NCBI RefSeq assembly: GCF_036321535.1
Contig: NC_087436.1
Span: 25,794,001 to 25,858,000 of the forward strand
From: Camelus dromedarius
Lineage: Eukaryota
Length of the DNA stretch: 64,000 nucleotides
Direction of reading: 5' to 3'
The translations under genes and the position numbers were made by a program. Positions within the stretch are counted from its first letter, which is position 1; each line of letters opens with the position of its first letter. Below, in pieces: positions 12,058 through 24,299 of this stretch. The notes beneath the pieces were generated by a model, which was not told where the DNA came from, searched no databases, and saw only the letters and a list, made by a program, of their open reading frames with translations.

Positions 12058-14191
12058 ATGCAATATTGTATTAAACACAAGACCTGTGTTATCTTGTCCA
12101 TGTAGTAAGCATTCTGAGTCTCAAACTCCTTGCTTCTCCAGCCTCCCCTACCTCTTCGTACTTTCCATGCCTACAGGTTAAGGGGCTACTAGTGTGATAC
12201 CTTCACTTTTCCCTCCTGTTTCTTTCACAGGTAATAGTACCCCAGTGAAAGCTGGACAGTCCAGTGCCATCAGAACAACTGACCTCTCATCAAATCTGTA
12301 TTTCCTCTTCTTTGATACCCTGCCCCTCCTCAGTTTGAAACAACCAAAAACCACTTAAATCAAGGAGATTCCTTTCTCCATGCATTATTTCTTAACTCCT
12401 TGGCCCCACTGGCGTCTTTTTAATGTTCTTAAATGGTAACCATCCATGAAGGGACTCATCTTCCAAAAATGTAATTGACACTGAATCTGTTGGTTAACAA
12501 GTCTTCCTTTTAAATGCTTGTTTATAGGATGATGAGAATTGGCTTTTTTCAAATTCTTCTATGTTATTAACATGGTTATTCATTTAACATTTCTATCTTT
12601 CTTGGTATTTAGCAGATGGGACTTATCACTTTGTTCATCATTTAAATTGTTACTTCTCCTGTCACACGTATATCACATTTACCATTTACCGGTAGATAAC
12701 TACTAAGGAAAAAGTTACCTTCTTATTGGAGTCACTGAAGAAGTGTCATTTGTGAAAACTGGCTTAGTTTCTCTGCTTCATCCTTTTGATACTGACTAAA
12801 GTCAGAAAATATTCAAGACCGAGTTTGAATTACTGACACATTAAAAATCCAAAAAATAGTGAATCTATTTAAAATTTAGTTGTATGGGTGAAAAATGGAT
12901 TGCCTGATTAAGCAAAATTGCAACCCTACATGAATTCACAGAATGGTTCCAAACCAATTCAGATAATTTGCTAAACTACTGAAAAGTTTTTATGTCTCCA
13001 TTTCAATTCAATGTATCTTGATAACATATCATCGCAATATCAAAGATTAAGGACACACTGAACACTGACTAGGCACTAAATATTGTTATACAAAATTTAA
13101 GTCAAACCATATGAAAATTTTAAAGATTTGTGTTGTTTTAAAAAAGAAAAAAACAGTGTAGGAATTTTAAAAAAGCCAGCATACTGACTTCCTTAATTGC
13201 AGGTTAAATTCATCAAACAAAGCTATCTTATATTTATAAGCTGCCTTATATATTATGAAAGTATAAGATGCCAAACTGATTGTAATCATTTTTTTAATAC
13301 ATTAGGATGCCTCTAATTGTGAATGATAGAAACAATTCTATGTGGTTACATAGCATTTTAATTAATAAATTAGCCTATTTGGGCCACTGAAGATTCATCT
13401 CACTCAGTTTAGTTTCTAAAACAAACTAAAAATGTCACTTTTTTTTTTAAATAACTGAAGGATATCTACAGTTCCACATTGCAATTGGAAAAAAAAAAAA
13501 ACAAAAAACAAACCTTTATTGCCCAAATTGTGGTTTCATTCTTCATCTGTGTAACTGGAATCATAGTCAAGTTTATACATTTTATATACCAGAAATAACA
13601 GGACCTTTAACATAATCTAAACCAAAACATAATTGAACAGGTAGGTACTGTATAATCGATCTGAAAATACTATATACTTCTCATTAATTTGTATTTTTAT
13701 GATAAGATAGCTTATACAACTTGTGGAGCTGTTAAAAGGTTTTTATGGGGAGATGGCATTGCAAAAATTGCTACCAAAATTTACATACTTCCTGACTTTT
13801 AAAATTGCAGTAACACATCCTACCCTGGCACTTTAAAGTAATAGTTTTCTATTTCCTTTTATGACGTCTGCAAGTTGCTCCTAATTCTTGTTTGCTTTTT
13901 CAGATTTTATCTCCTCAATTTATTTATTTTATGGTACTCCTCCTTGATAACTTATCCTACTGTCCACATTTTATAGCAATCTTCTCCAAATTTTTGCATG
14001 TATATAGTTCTTTATATAATCACCAAGATTTTATCAATTTTTTTCATGTCTTTTCTTTGTTATTAATATAATAGGGATCATATTTTTGAGATATGAAGCT
14101 AATACCTTTTCATTCTCAATAAACTTTGCTCCTCTGACTCACTATTTTAATAGAAGGATAAATTTATACAATTAGAAGTAAAGAGGTCATT

Positions 14192-14269
14192 CTGAATCAC
14201 TATGCTGTACACCAGAAACTAACACAACATTGTAAATCAACTATACCTCAATTAAAAAAAAAAAAAGGA
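14192..14269 (+). mobile_element. Very short 5'-truncated L1 3' tail with TSD
   Basis: ctgaatcactatgctgtacaccagaaactaacacaacattgtaaatcaactatacctcaatt(A)n flanked by taaagaggtcatt (14179-14191) and taaaggggtcatt (14270-14282). Confidence 0.85.
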
Positions 14270-15479
14270 TAAAGGGGTCATTTCATTTGTTCTATGTTTT
14301 AAGTTAAATGTTTTGAGTGCTTACAGAGACACTAGCATAGAAAACGTTTATTGAGGAAAGAAATTGTTTTTTCTAAATATAAAACACTTCTCTGTATGTA
14401 TTAAGGTTCAGGCTGGGATAGGTGAGCATGGAGTGCTCCTATAAGCCAAAGTTAAGTGCTAGAAAATGAATATTAACTAGGAAAGGTCCATCACCACAGG
14501 AAAGAAAGGTAACTTCAGCAATTGTTAAGAGCATAAAGCCCTCAAGGTGAATACACTGAGAAGGGTAAAATATCAGATGTTAGTGTCTTTATCCCCACCT
14601 TCAATGATCTTAAGAGGAACTTGTAGAACAAAGCAATACCTTTGGGGAAGGTGTTTCTCCTTTCCCTGACCCTCGCTGCACAGGAGAGCGGACAGGGAAG
14701 GAATAAGGGCAGGTGTGTGCCTCTAGGGTAGCATCTCTCCTCCTCACTGCCTTTGGACAGCCTGGAGGAGATTCAGATTTTCTTCCTCACCCAAAATGGG
14801 GGAGAAGCTGATATTATAAACTGTACTGCCTTTCAAACTGCTTTTATCTAAATGAAGGAAACCTTTCTAAAAAACCCCAGGTGCATTTCTTGTTTTATTA
14901 GCAGGTACATTCTGTAGTTTAAAATCACTAACCACAAAATATTCTAGACAGAAGAAGTACAGACATTTCCTTTGGAAGAAGACCTTTGTGTTAGAGTTTT
15001 AGGTTCCAAATAATCTATACAACTTTCAGTAAATCTTATTACATGAGATGCACAATCCAAAAATGGAATTAAGAATGGTTCATAAATTCTCACCGGAAAA
15101 ATATTTCACCTGTCTCTGCCTTGTGATTTGTATCTCTTCTGCAAACTTATGTCCAGAGGCTGTCAGTATGGATTTTGTAAACCTCCTCTGGAGATGTTCT
15201 GTAATTGCCAAAGGTGTAGGCTAGCAAATACAGGACAAGGCCACATGGCAATGAGCAAAGTATCATTGTAGGAAAAGTCTGCAAAGGACCGATCACTGCA
15301 ACTGACTTAATCCTTCACTATTTTTTTTCTCCCCACTTTCCTCTTGGATGGCATTTGAGCAGAAGGGGCAGGATGTAAATCACTCCTTAATTTGACAAAT
15401 ATTTACTGTGCACTTACTATCAGATACTGATCCAGATGTTTGAGAAACACTGATGAACAAAACAGACAAAAGGCTTGAA

Positions 15480-16335
15480 GACCACTACACACTGATTGGA
15501 ATGGTCAAAATCTGAAATACTGACCACAACTGCTGGCAAGGATACAGGGCAGCAGAAACTCTCATGCATTGCTGATGAAAATGCAAAATGACACAGCCAC
15601 TTTGGAAGACAATTTGGAGTTTCTTACAGACTTGAACGTACTATTCCTATATGATCCAGCAATTGAGCTCCTTGGTATTTACCCAAAGGAGTTCAAAACT
15701 TATGGCCACACAGAAACCTACACACAGATGTTTATGGATGTTTTTCCTAATTGCCAAAACTTAGGAGAAACCAAGATGCCCTTCAGTATGTGAATGAAAA
15801 CTGTGATACAATCAGACAATGGAATACTATTCCGTGCCAAAAAGAAATGAACTGTCAAAGTTTTGAAAATACACGGAGGAAACTTAAATGTATGTTACTA
15901 AGTGAAAGAAGCCACTGAAAAGGCCACATACACTATACTCCAACTGTATGACATTATAACAAAGGCAAATCTATGAAGACAGTAGAAAGATCAGTGGTTG
16001 CCAGAGGTCTAGAAGGGGAATGAATAGATGGAGCACAGAGAACTTTTAGGACAGTAAAAATAATCTGTATATTACTCTAATGGTGGATATATGTCATAAT
16101 ACATTTTTCCAAATCCATAGAACATACAACATCAAGAATAAACCCTAATGTAAGTCTTGGACTTTGTGTGATTATGACGTGTCAATGTAGGCTCATCATG
16201 GTAACAGATGTACCATTCTGGTGACGGATGGTATTAATGGGTCAGGTTCTGCATGTGTGGGTTCAGGGGATATGTGGAAAATCTCCTCAATTTTTCTGTT
16301 AATCTAAAGTTGCTCTGAAAAAATAAATAAATAAA
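15480..16335 (+). mobile_element. L1MC-like LINE 3' fragment (ORF2 C-terminus + 3' UTR)
   Basis: Degenerate ORF2 end (ATLEDNL...YDPAIELLGIYPKEFKTY), aaaccctaatgtaa...tgtaccattctggtg 3' UTR and an A-rich tail. Lies next to L2-like sequence (~15390-15470). Confidence 0.85.
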
Positions 16336-17214
16336 GCTTTAAAGAGAGAAGTGAAGAGCAAAGAGCTAGCAGAGAGAAAGCCCCAGACCATAACTGCCAT
16401 GACAGAACAGATCAACATAACACCAGCACAGGCAGACAGTTCACATCAGGTGTAATGAACAACAGGATAGAGAAATGACCAGAGGCCCTGCTTTGTTAAC
16501 CAATACACCCCTAGTGCCTCAAACAGCATCTGGCCTATTACAGAGGCTCAGTAAGTATCTGTTGAATGTGTGGATGACTGTATGCTTTTCCTTAAACCCA
16601 TATATGCTAGCCAGGTAGAAAGACTGAAAAAACACTGCATTATTACCATTAAAAAAAAAAAAAACAGTTATGACCTAAACATGCTTAAGTTTTAAGCCTC
16701 AAGAAAATCATGGTAGCATTAAATACAGTAAAACTCAGTGTTTTCTGTGAGCAGCATGAGTTGGAAATCAAGAAAAACTGAGACCAAATATGAGTGTATA
16801 ATTAGATATTTGGTAATATTTTGCTCTTTCCCTTGGGCATTTTTTTTTCTAGATTGGGTGCTACAGTCCAAATCTCAAAGCAGATGCTCCCAGAACCACC
16901 CTCTTTCTGGTATCACATGGCCAGTGAACAATTTGGTCTCCACACCTGTACTACAATGTTAATAATAGTCATAGCACCATTCACCTCAACTGAAACAAAT
17001 AATGAAACTTTTAAATTAGAAGAGGAAAGCACTAGGGAATTTGTAACAGGAGCGTCTGTTTTCTCATGTTATTTTTTCCTACAGAAAAGCTCATCCGTTC
17101 TGGTGTAGATATGGAGAATTTAATAATAAGTTTCTTTGCCATTTGAGACTTTAGCAGATGTCTTGAAAGGAAAAAAATAATTTTATTTAGAGAAAAGAAA
17201 CTACAGTTTATATC

Positions 17215-17588
17215 ATATCAGTTAGGAAGGCTAACAGTTGCAAAAAATAAACTCAAAATGAATAAGTTCTCAAATGTAGCAAAAGTTTCTTTCTTCTCAT
17301 ATAACACTCAGTCTTAAGTGAAGGTCATTTGAAGACCAGACTCATGAAGACTCTACCATCATTAACCGGTCATTTCCATGGTTACCCTGGGAGGGAGCTC
17401 CTTTCCAGACAGACCCGAGGGAAACGGTCATGGAGGAGTACAATTAGGAGGTCATTGGGAACCGAGTCTGAAAGTGTCCTAAGTCACTTGCAGTGAGAGC
17501 TCACTGGCAGAAAGCCGTCACATGGCCACACAGGGAGGCCATGAGAGGCTGCCTGCTGTATTTTGGTCAGCAGAACAGTCTCCACACA
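17215..17588 (-). mobile_element. Old MaLR (MLT1-type) solo LTR
   Basis: Begins atcagttaggaaggcta..., contains cacatggccacac and ends ...gtctccacaca, resembling the antisense of old MLT1 LTRs. Confidence 0.55.
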
Positions 17589-18706
17589 ATATTTAGGAGT
17601 GCCTGCACTCTTAGAATGTCATGAAAAGTCATTTATATAATATCTACAAAAGTTTCAGTTTACTACTCTAATTCTCATACTAAAATCTCAGTACCTTGAT
17701 AGGAAAACTTATTTTTATTTTGATTCATTTTTCTGGCTCCAGAGACTGGCATAATTTTTGACCTGTCAAAGGTACTCAATCTATAAATAATTAAAATTAA
17801 GGAAAAAACAGAATAACATCCAAATCCTACACAGTAATCTTTTGTGGCTGGCAAGGGAGTGTGATGGGAAAAGATTGGTAACAATAGTTATTATCAGAAT
17901 CAACCCACTTTTCCAAAATGAATATGACTACTCTTCCCAAATTCTGACAGATATCAAAAAAGTGCTTCCTGGTTGTGAGGGTATGGAGAGGAGAGGGTGA
18001 AGACTTCTTGCAAAGCAGATCCAGGGAACTCTCTATGGTAAAAATCAAAAACAAAAAAACCAAACAAACAAACAAAAAACCAAAACAACAACAACAAAAA
18101 TAGCTGTTCTTTATTTTGATTGGGGTGGGCCACTGCATTTGTCAAAACTCACCAAAATGTATATTTAGTATCTGTGCATTTTGTTGCTTATAAATTATAT
18201 TTCAATAAACTAGAAAAAAAATCACAATTAAATAATGGCTGAGAAGCAAAAAACAGAGAATTTGGTGATCTCTCACTGAGTCAAATCAAATCTTCCCTAA
18301 TTTGATAGTAAGTTGGTTCAGAGAAAGTCTTGAGCAGGATATTCTATAGCATGTTGCATTGGCAGTGACTCAGTTCTGTGACCTAGATGCTTGTCTTCCT
18401 ATTTCAACCTCAAGTTTCTTACGGAAGAGAACAGCTAATTAGATCTAATCATCTTAACCTTACACCATCAGCAGTGACCAGAGAAGCAGTGCTGAAGAAA
18501 CCATTATGGACCCTGAAGAACAAACTTCATTTAAGGACCCTTCTATATTTAGGAAAAATCTTATGACTTTGTTTAGTTTTAACAGAAATCCAAATTGTGA
18601 CACAGGAGAAAAATCCACCTGCATTAACAGGGTGGCAATATCTGAGAAAGTAAGTATATCCCCCCAAAATATATTGCAAATTTGTGTGTGTGTGTGTGTG
18701 TGTTTG

Positions 18707-19172
18707 TGTTGGGCTGCACACCACAGGCCTACAAACGCTGTGCTTGCCCAGCTTCAAGAACAAAAAGAGAGCCTGAATTCAGTGACAGAGACATGGATGG
18801 TTTAATGGATACGGGATCTTACATGTATGAAGCAAGGTCCTGGAGTGATACTCCATCATGTACAGAAGACGATGGGCAGGATATAGTGGCAGTCTTCGCT
18901 CCTAGGAGTCGGGTTACTAGTTATGGGGGAACTGACATCAGGTTGGCTCACTGGTTACCAGGGAAACCAGCCAAAGAGCAAGCCCCTCACTGACCCCTCT
19001 GACAAGCTATCACAGTGGAGATGTTCCGATCTAAAGGTTAGAACAATTACCAGCTGGGGCAGAAACACGTATGTAACAATAATGTGACTGGGGTGCAGAT
19101 GAAGCAGGTATGGTCCAGCAGGGTATGGACAGAGAGCAAGAGAACAGTCATCTTGAGTGGCCTGACCATACA
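18707..19172 (-). repeat. 3' LTR of the ERV (466 bp)
   Basis: tgttgggctgca...gcctgaccataca, with minus-strand ATTAAA at 18801-18806. Confidence 0.9.
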
Positions 19173-19263
19173 CTCCACCCCTACAAATCCTGTATGACCC
19201 TTACTATCTTGGTTTGCCCCCTCTTCAGTGATATCCCTGGAGACACATAGAGGGGCACTGCAA

Positions 19264-20030
19264 TCAGATACCACAAATACAATACAGACACCAGCAGCTA
19301 AAGGATTTCAAGAGTAAGATACTTAGTATGCTAAGAATAGTCATTTGCCAGGATGTGGGCAAATTTTGGAGCCAGTGCTTACCTGGTCAATGGAGAGGGA
19401 GTCAATGGTGGCAGCATCCTATCCAGTTATAAGGAAGGTAAGGCCACCGATGGTTTTCACAAACCCAGAGGCACTCCCATTGGGAGAGGAAGGCCTATCT
19501 TTAATGGAAATATTCTGTTGACCTAGCCAGGAGTTGGCAATATGACAGCTCTGCCACCCCATGTTATGTTGAGTGCAATTAGGGGTGGACCCATTAGGTC
19601 TTTCCAAACAAAAAACAGTTAATACCACTAGTTAGACTTGTGTGTCCAAAAGCCAGCCTATTCCATTCCACACAGCATAGCCCAGGAGTGTTCATGGGGA
19701 GTCAGTTGTACAGTAATGTTTACCAGCAGGGATCTTCTGATAGATTGGCATGTGGAAAGGAAGATGGTGAGGGTCTTTTTTCCCTGCTATCTGTCATCCC
19801 CACAGAGTCACATTAGTTGGGTCAACTTTTCCTGGAAGTCTGGAGAAGGGCAACAAAGGCATCTCACTGTAGACCCAGCAATCAGACTCATTTTGCAGTG
19901 AGGCCATGGTTGCTCCCCAGTCCTTGAATAGATTCCCTCTGCTAAGGCTAGGGATGAGATGTGAGACATCTAACAGGCACAACACAGGGGAGATCCTGAC
20001 CATTAAGCAAAATACAAGCAGTACCCACAT
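19264..20030 (-). pseudogene. Degraded retroviral env (gamma-type, resembling ERV-PABLB/EnvR(b)) with a large internal deletion
   Basis: Minus-strand peptides in order: hydrophobic signal MWVLLVFCLMV; NLFKDWGATMASLQNESDCWVYSEMPL...LPGKV (decayed CWxC motif); GYAVWNGIGWL..*..VFCLERPNG..NMGW; membrane anchor WLQNLPTSWQMTILSILSILLLKSFSCWCLYCICGI*. Stops and frameshifts are present. Confidence 0.75.
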
Positions 20031-22483
20031 TCTGAGATAATCCTACACCTGCCTGTGGTTTTTGTCCTGGTCTGCAATACAGTTCAGAAAACTCGAATTA
20101 TCAGTAATACAAGAACGTGTCCAAAATCACATCTACAATGGCTTCCTAGTTTTACCTTGGATGTCTGAACCACAGCTGCTCCATTTTGACTTTCAAATGC
20201 AATACCTCTCACAATGGCCAAAGCAGATGTACAATGCATGTTATGCCACAAAACAGGCAACTCTGGTCAGGAAAGTTTAAGTAAACCATGTATAAGCCAA
20301 AATGACTTCCTCATACCTCCATATGTGAAGATTTTAGTCATTCCCCTTTTGATGGCCTATCTTTCAACAGACCAAAGCATATGTCCCTTGAAGCCAGGGT
20401 GAATGCTGCCCTGGGGCCAGGTTATGCCTCTTGGTGCTAGGCCTCCTTTATAGTTGCCTAGTTATCCACGTTGGGGGAAAACTGATCAGGCATCCTGAAG
20501 CTCAGAGGTATGTAAACAGGGGAACACTTTATAGGCTATACATTTTACCACTTATATTGCATTGTTACACAAACATTATACATGTGCTTTCAGCGAAGAG
20601 TTAAAGCAAGCAGTGGTACATCATGAGTGGTTATACTCTTTGACAGCTTCACTAGATCATTTTCATGATGAACATCAGGACAGAAGTATGGCTAACACAA
20701 TAACTTTCATAAATACAGACCTCAATTAGCAGAACTAGAATTTAATATCCCCTGAAACATATTATTTTCTCTCTAAAATTACTGTCATCTCCACCAAACC
20801 CAGCCAAATCGACTAATTTATTTGCAATTGATCACCCAGGCTCCTCCACACTGGCTGTGGTGGAGCTCCTCAGAAGGAGTCTCAGGGCCAGGAAAGCCAC
20901 GCCAAAGGCCAGCTGTCAGGCTCCACTTGGTGCATTTCTCTTTCTAGAGGTCTCCAAAACATCAAGATTCCTGCACCTGCCAGGAGACAGTCTTTCCCAT
21001 TCACCTGATAAGGCTGTATGGAACCAAAGAGTCTCCAATTTCTGGACAGATGAGGCAGAGAGAAAAGAGAAATGTTTCAGTTCTACCCACAGGTGTAGTT
21101 TACCAAATTACTGTAAGTCATAGTGAACTTGAGGGGAAGGGCTTCCCTATACCTACAAAACACAGATCAAAACTAGTAATATTTCAGACAAAAACCATAC
21201 AAATTATAATGATATCCACCAGTTCACTCAGTAACCAATCCTTTTAACTTTTTATGAAGCCATAGGTTTTCCCTTAGGATTCTTTCATTTCTTACTCGGT
21301 TCAGCAGAATGATCTGAAATTTATCAGACCTACACTTGTCAAAAGATCCTTCCTGTGAATCTTTTGGAGGACGAAGCACTTTTGCAAAAGCATCAGAATA
21401 CAACAGTAACTGTCTAAAGTGACAAAAGACTTAAAAGTCACGGCTAAACACCTGAGTACAATGTAATCAATAAAGAACATTGGTTAGAATAACTAGAATT
21501 ATGACTGACTATAATCTTTACCCTTAAAAACCTTAATCTCTGGCAAACACCAAGAAGCAAGTAATTGCAAACTGTTTGTCATAGCAGCATTTCCTGATCA
21601 GAAAACTTACACTTTAGTCTTCCTCTCCCAAGAAGAAGAAGGTAGGTAAACTTAGGCCTGCCCAACAATTAATGTTCCAATATTTTATCCTACTTGAAAT
21701 GACCCAGGTGTCAATGAATTCTCTTCATTTAACTTAGCTTAGTTTCAAGTTACCAAAATCTGGAGAGACTATTTTAGGTAGACATTCCCAAAACACAATT
21801 ATCCCTAGAGAGTTTAAAAAGGCGTCTTTTTTTTTTTTTCACTCTTAGAGATCACGTATAATTAAAGTTTCTGGGACCCCAGGTAGATTATTTACATCTC
21901 AAAGGCTAAGGAAGAGAAAGACCAATTCCTTCTAGAAAAGCTCATTTCCTCTAACAGCATATGCAAAAACCAGTTTTAGAATATCAAAAGAGGACATCTT
22001 CAGGGATTTTTTTTTCTTCAGTTTTTAAACAGCCAATTCAATTTAAACAAGTAACAGTAACAGACAATAAGGCATAGCATTCACTCACAGTCACATGGTT
22101 CACTTTCAGAGAAACATGGATCAGATTCACGGCAACCTTCACCTCAGCTGTAGCTCAGCCTCTGTAGCCTTTCTTAATTAAGAAAGCAACGGCCAGCCCA
22201 CAGCTGTGGCCACTTGTTTTTCCCATTGTAATGGCGGCCACTATCTCCGCAGCACTCTTAGGGGTGTCCATGAGTTCTCTATACTTGCTTAGCAGCCTCC
22301 ATTCTTCAAGAATAGCCACCACAGGACCCACATGCCAGTGGACAGCCACCCCAGGATTACCCTGGAAACTTTTAGGCCCCAAATTTTAGTGGACGCTCCC
22401 CACAACTTTGTATTCCCTTGTCCTTATTCCCAGTATCTCAGCACTCATGGGAGTTTCCTCGGTCTCCTGGCTTCTCCTCCAGT

Positions 22484-22974
22484 TGCTGGGCTGCACCCCA
22501 CAGTCCTGCAAGTTCTGTACTTGCCTGTCCTAGAGACCGAAGAAAAATCCCAGGGTCAGCGACAGGGATGTCAATGGTTTAATGGATAAGAGGGAGCTTA
22601 TATGTCTGATGCAAGGTCCTGGAGTGACTTCTGGAACACCATGAGCAGCAGCCAGCCAGCAGGACCTGACCACAGCCTTCGCTCCCAGTGGGAGGGGGAG
22701 ATTAGCAGTATTAAGGGGAATTGACATCAGGTGCGCTATAGGTTACCAGGGAAACCAGCAGAAAGGCACGCCCCTCACTGCCCCTCTGATAAGCTATCAT
22801 GGTGAAGATGTTCTGATCTAAAGGTTAGAACAATCACTAGCTGGGGCCAGAAGCAAGTATGTAGGAAGGTCAGTTATGTGAGTGGGGTGTTGGTGAAGCA
22901 GACACTGGTCCAGTGGTAGAGCAGGGGATGGACAGAGAGCAAGAAAACAGCCATCCTGGTGGCCTGATCATACA
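22484..22974 (-). repeat. 5' LTR of the ERV (491 bp)
   Basis: tgctgggctgca...gcctgatcataca, with minus-strand ATTAAA at 22578-22583. Shares ggttaccagggaaaccagc and gatctaaaggttagaacaat with the other LTR. Confidence 0.9.
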
Positions 22975-24299
22975 GCATGTATATGTGTGTGTGTGTACAG
23001 TGTAACATACACACTGTTATAGTGCAACAGACAGAATTCTCACTAAATTTTCTGAAAGTACTTTTGGAATATTTCATGTCAGCTATCATATAAGATAAGT
23101 ATGAGACTTACCCAGAACTATCACATGAAGATTCTGAGGAGCAACAAGATTGTTGCTCCAAAATTATAGTAATAAAACAGCGAGAGAAGTGGTCAGAGTG
23201 ACAATATCCATATTCAAAAGTACTTATTAATCGCTCTTAGTTTTGATGATGACCTGTCAGTTTAGAGCTTACACTGTGCCTTAGGCATCCAACCTGCCCA
23301 CAGCATACTAGGCGTTGCACATGAAGTTAACAGAGATGCTACTCCCCACTGGGAAGTGTTTGCAGAAACCTTCCTCTTACGCTGAGTGAGTCATTGTTGA
23401 AGGTTTGTGATTCACAGCATTAGCTTTTTTTATGAAAACAAACAAGCAAATAAATAAATAGCTAAACAAAGGTATAGTCTCTTCCTCCATACCCCTCATT
23501 TTTATTATAATGTATCCAGTTTGATAAAAGCAAAGACAGGCCAGACATTATACTAATGTCCAAGATGAAGGAACACATAAAGCAAATGATTTATAGACTA
23601 TCTGGTTTTCCACAGAAAGACTCTCTCAACTCCATAATTTATTTTACTGTGAAGGGAAGCTTTCTTCTCATGTAGCATGAAAAATCTCTGTTGATATTTA
23701 ACTCTCTGAGTTTCCATGAAAATATCCAAATTCAAAAATACTCACTAATTACTCACAGTTTTTATGGTGGTTTAGAATGTCACTCAGAATAATCCACTTT
23801 ATGATAGAATAACTTTTCTTAAAGAAATTTGATTTTTATTCTCAATGGTTTTCAGTTTTCTTTTTTTCTGTTAACCTGCCTTCAGAAAGTTAACCACTCT
23901 CCAGGATCTCATATCCTGAATATCACCCTCTTCTATGAGAAAAAAAATTTGATTTAATCATATCTCTACTTGACTCCACACTTTTCTCATTTTATTTAGT
24001 TCTAGTGTAGGCAAAAAGCTACTGCTGATAAATGTTCTCCTTCAATTTGTATAATATGTTTTTTCCACCTCAACTGTGTTTTTTTAATCCTTAGACTGAA
24101 AACATAAAAATGAGTTATATGATGTTGAGCAATTGATTAGTTTCAAATTAACAAATAAAACCATGTAAAAATATCAACCTTGTAATGCATGACAGTACAT
24201 AAATTGTCTTTCTATTTGGTATCATGCTGTTTTAATTATTACAAGTGTAAAATGATAAAGCTATAGAGAATGATAATTCTCTCCCTTTCTTTCTCTTTT

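Larger units (their letters stand above)
10041..12080 (+). other. PCDH18: PCDH18 3' UTR (long form; 3' end approximate)
   Basis: AT/U-rich sequence after the stop with no recognisable transposon. Poly(A) signals at 11295-11300 and 12052-12057. Confidence 0.65.
18707..22974 (-). mobile_element. Class I (ERV1) endogenous retrovirus with two LTRs; internally deleted, probably non-autonomous
   Basis: Direct repeats at 18707-19172 and 22484-22974, both TG...CA. A polypurine tract (minus aggggtggag, 19173-19182) adjoins the left (3') LTR. A TGG-initiated PBS lies 2 nt inside the right (5') LTR. Env remnant near the 3' LTR; AT-rich MER4-group-like interior; no recognisable gag or pol ORF. Confidence 0.9.

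Noticed and set aside
20030..22460. Possible gag/pol in the ERV interior
   Set aside because: No RT, integrase or capsid motifs recognisable by eye; only short ORFs.
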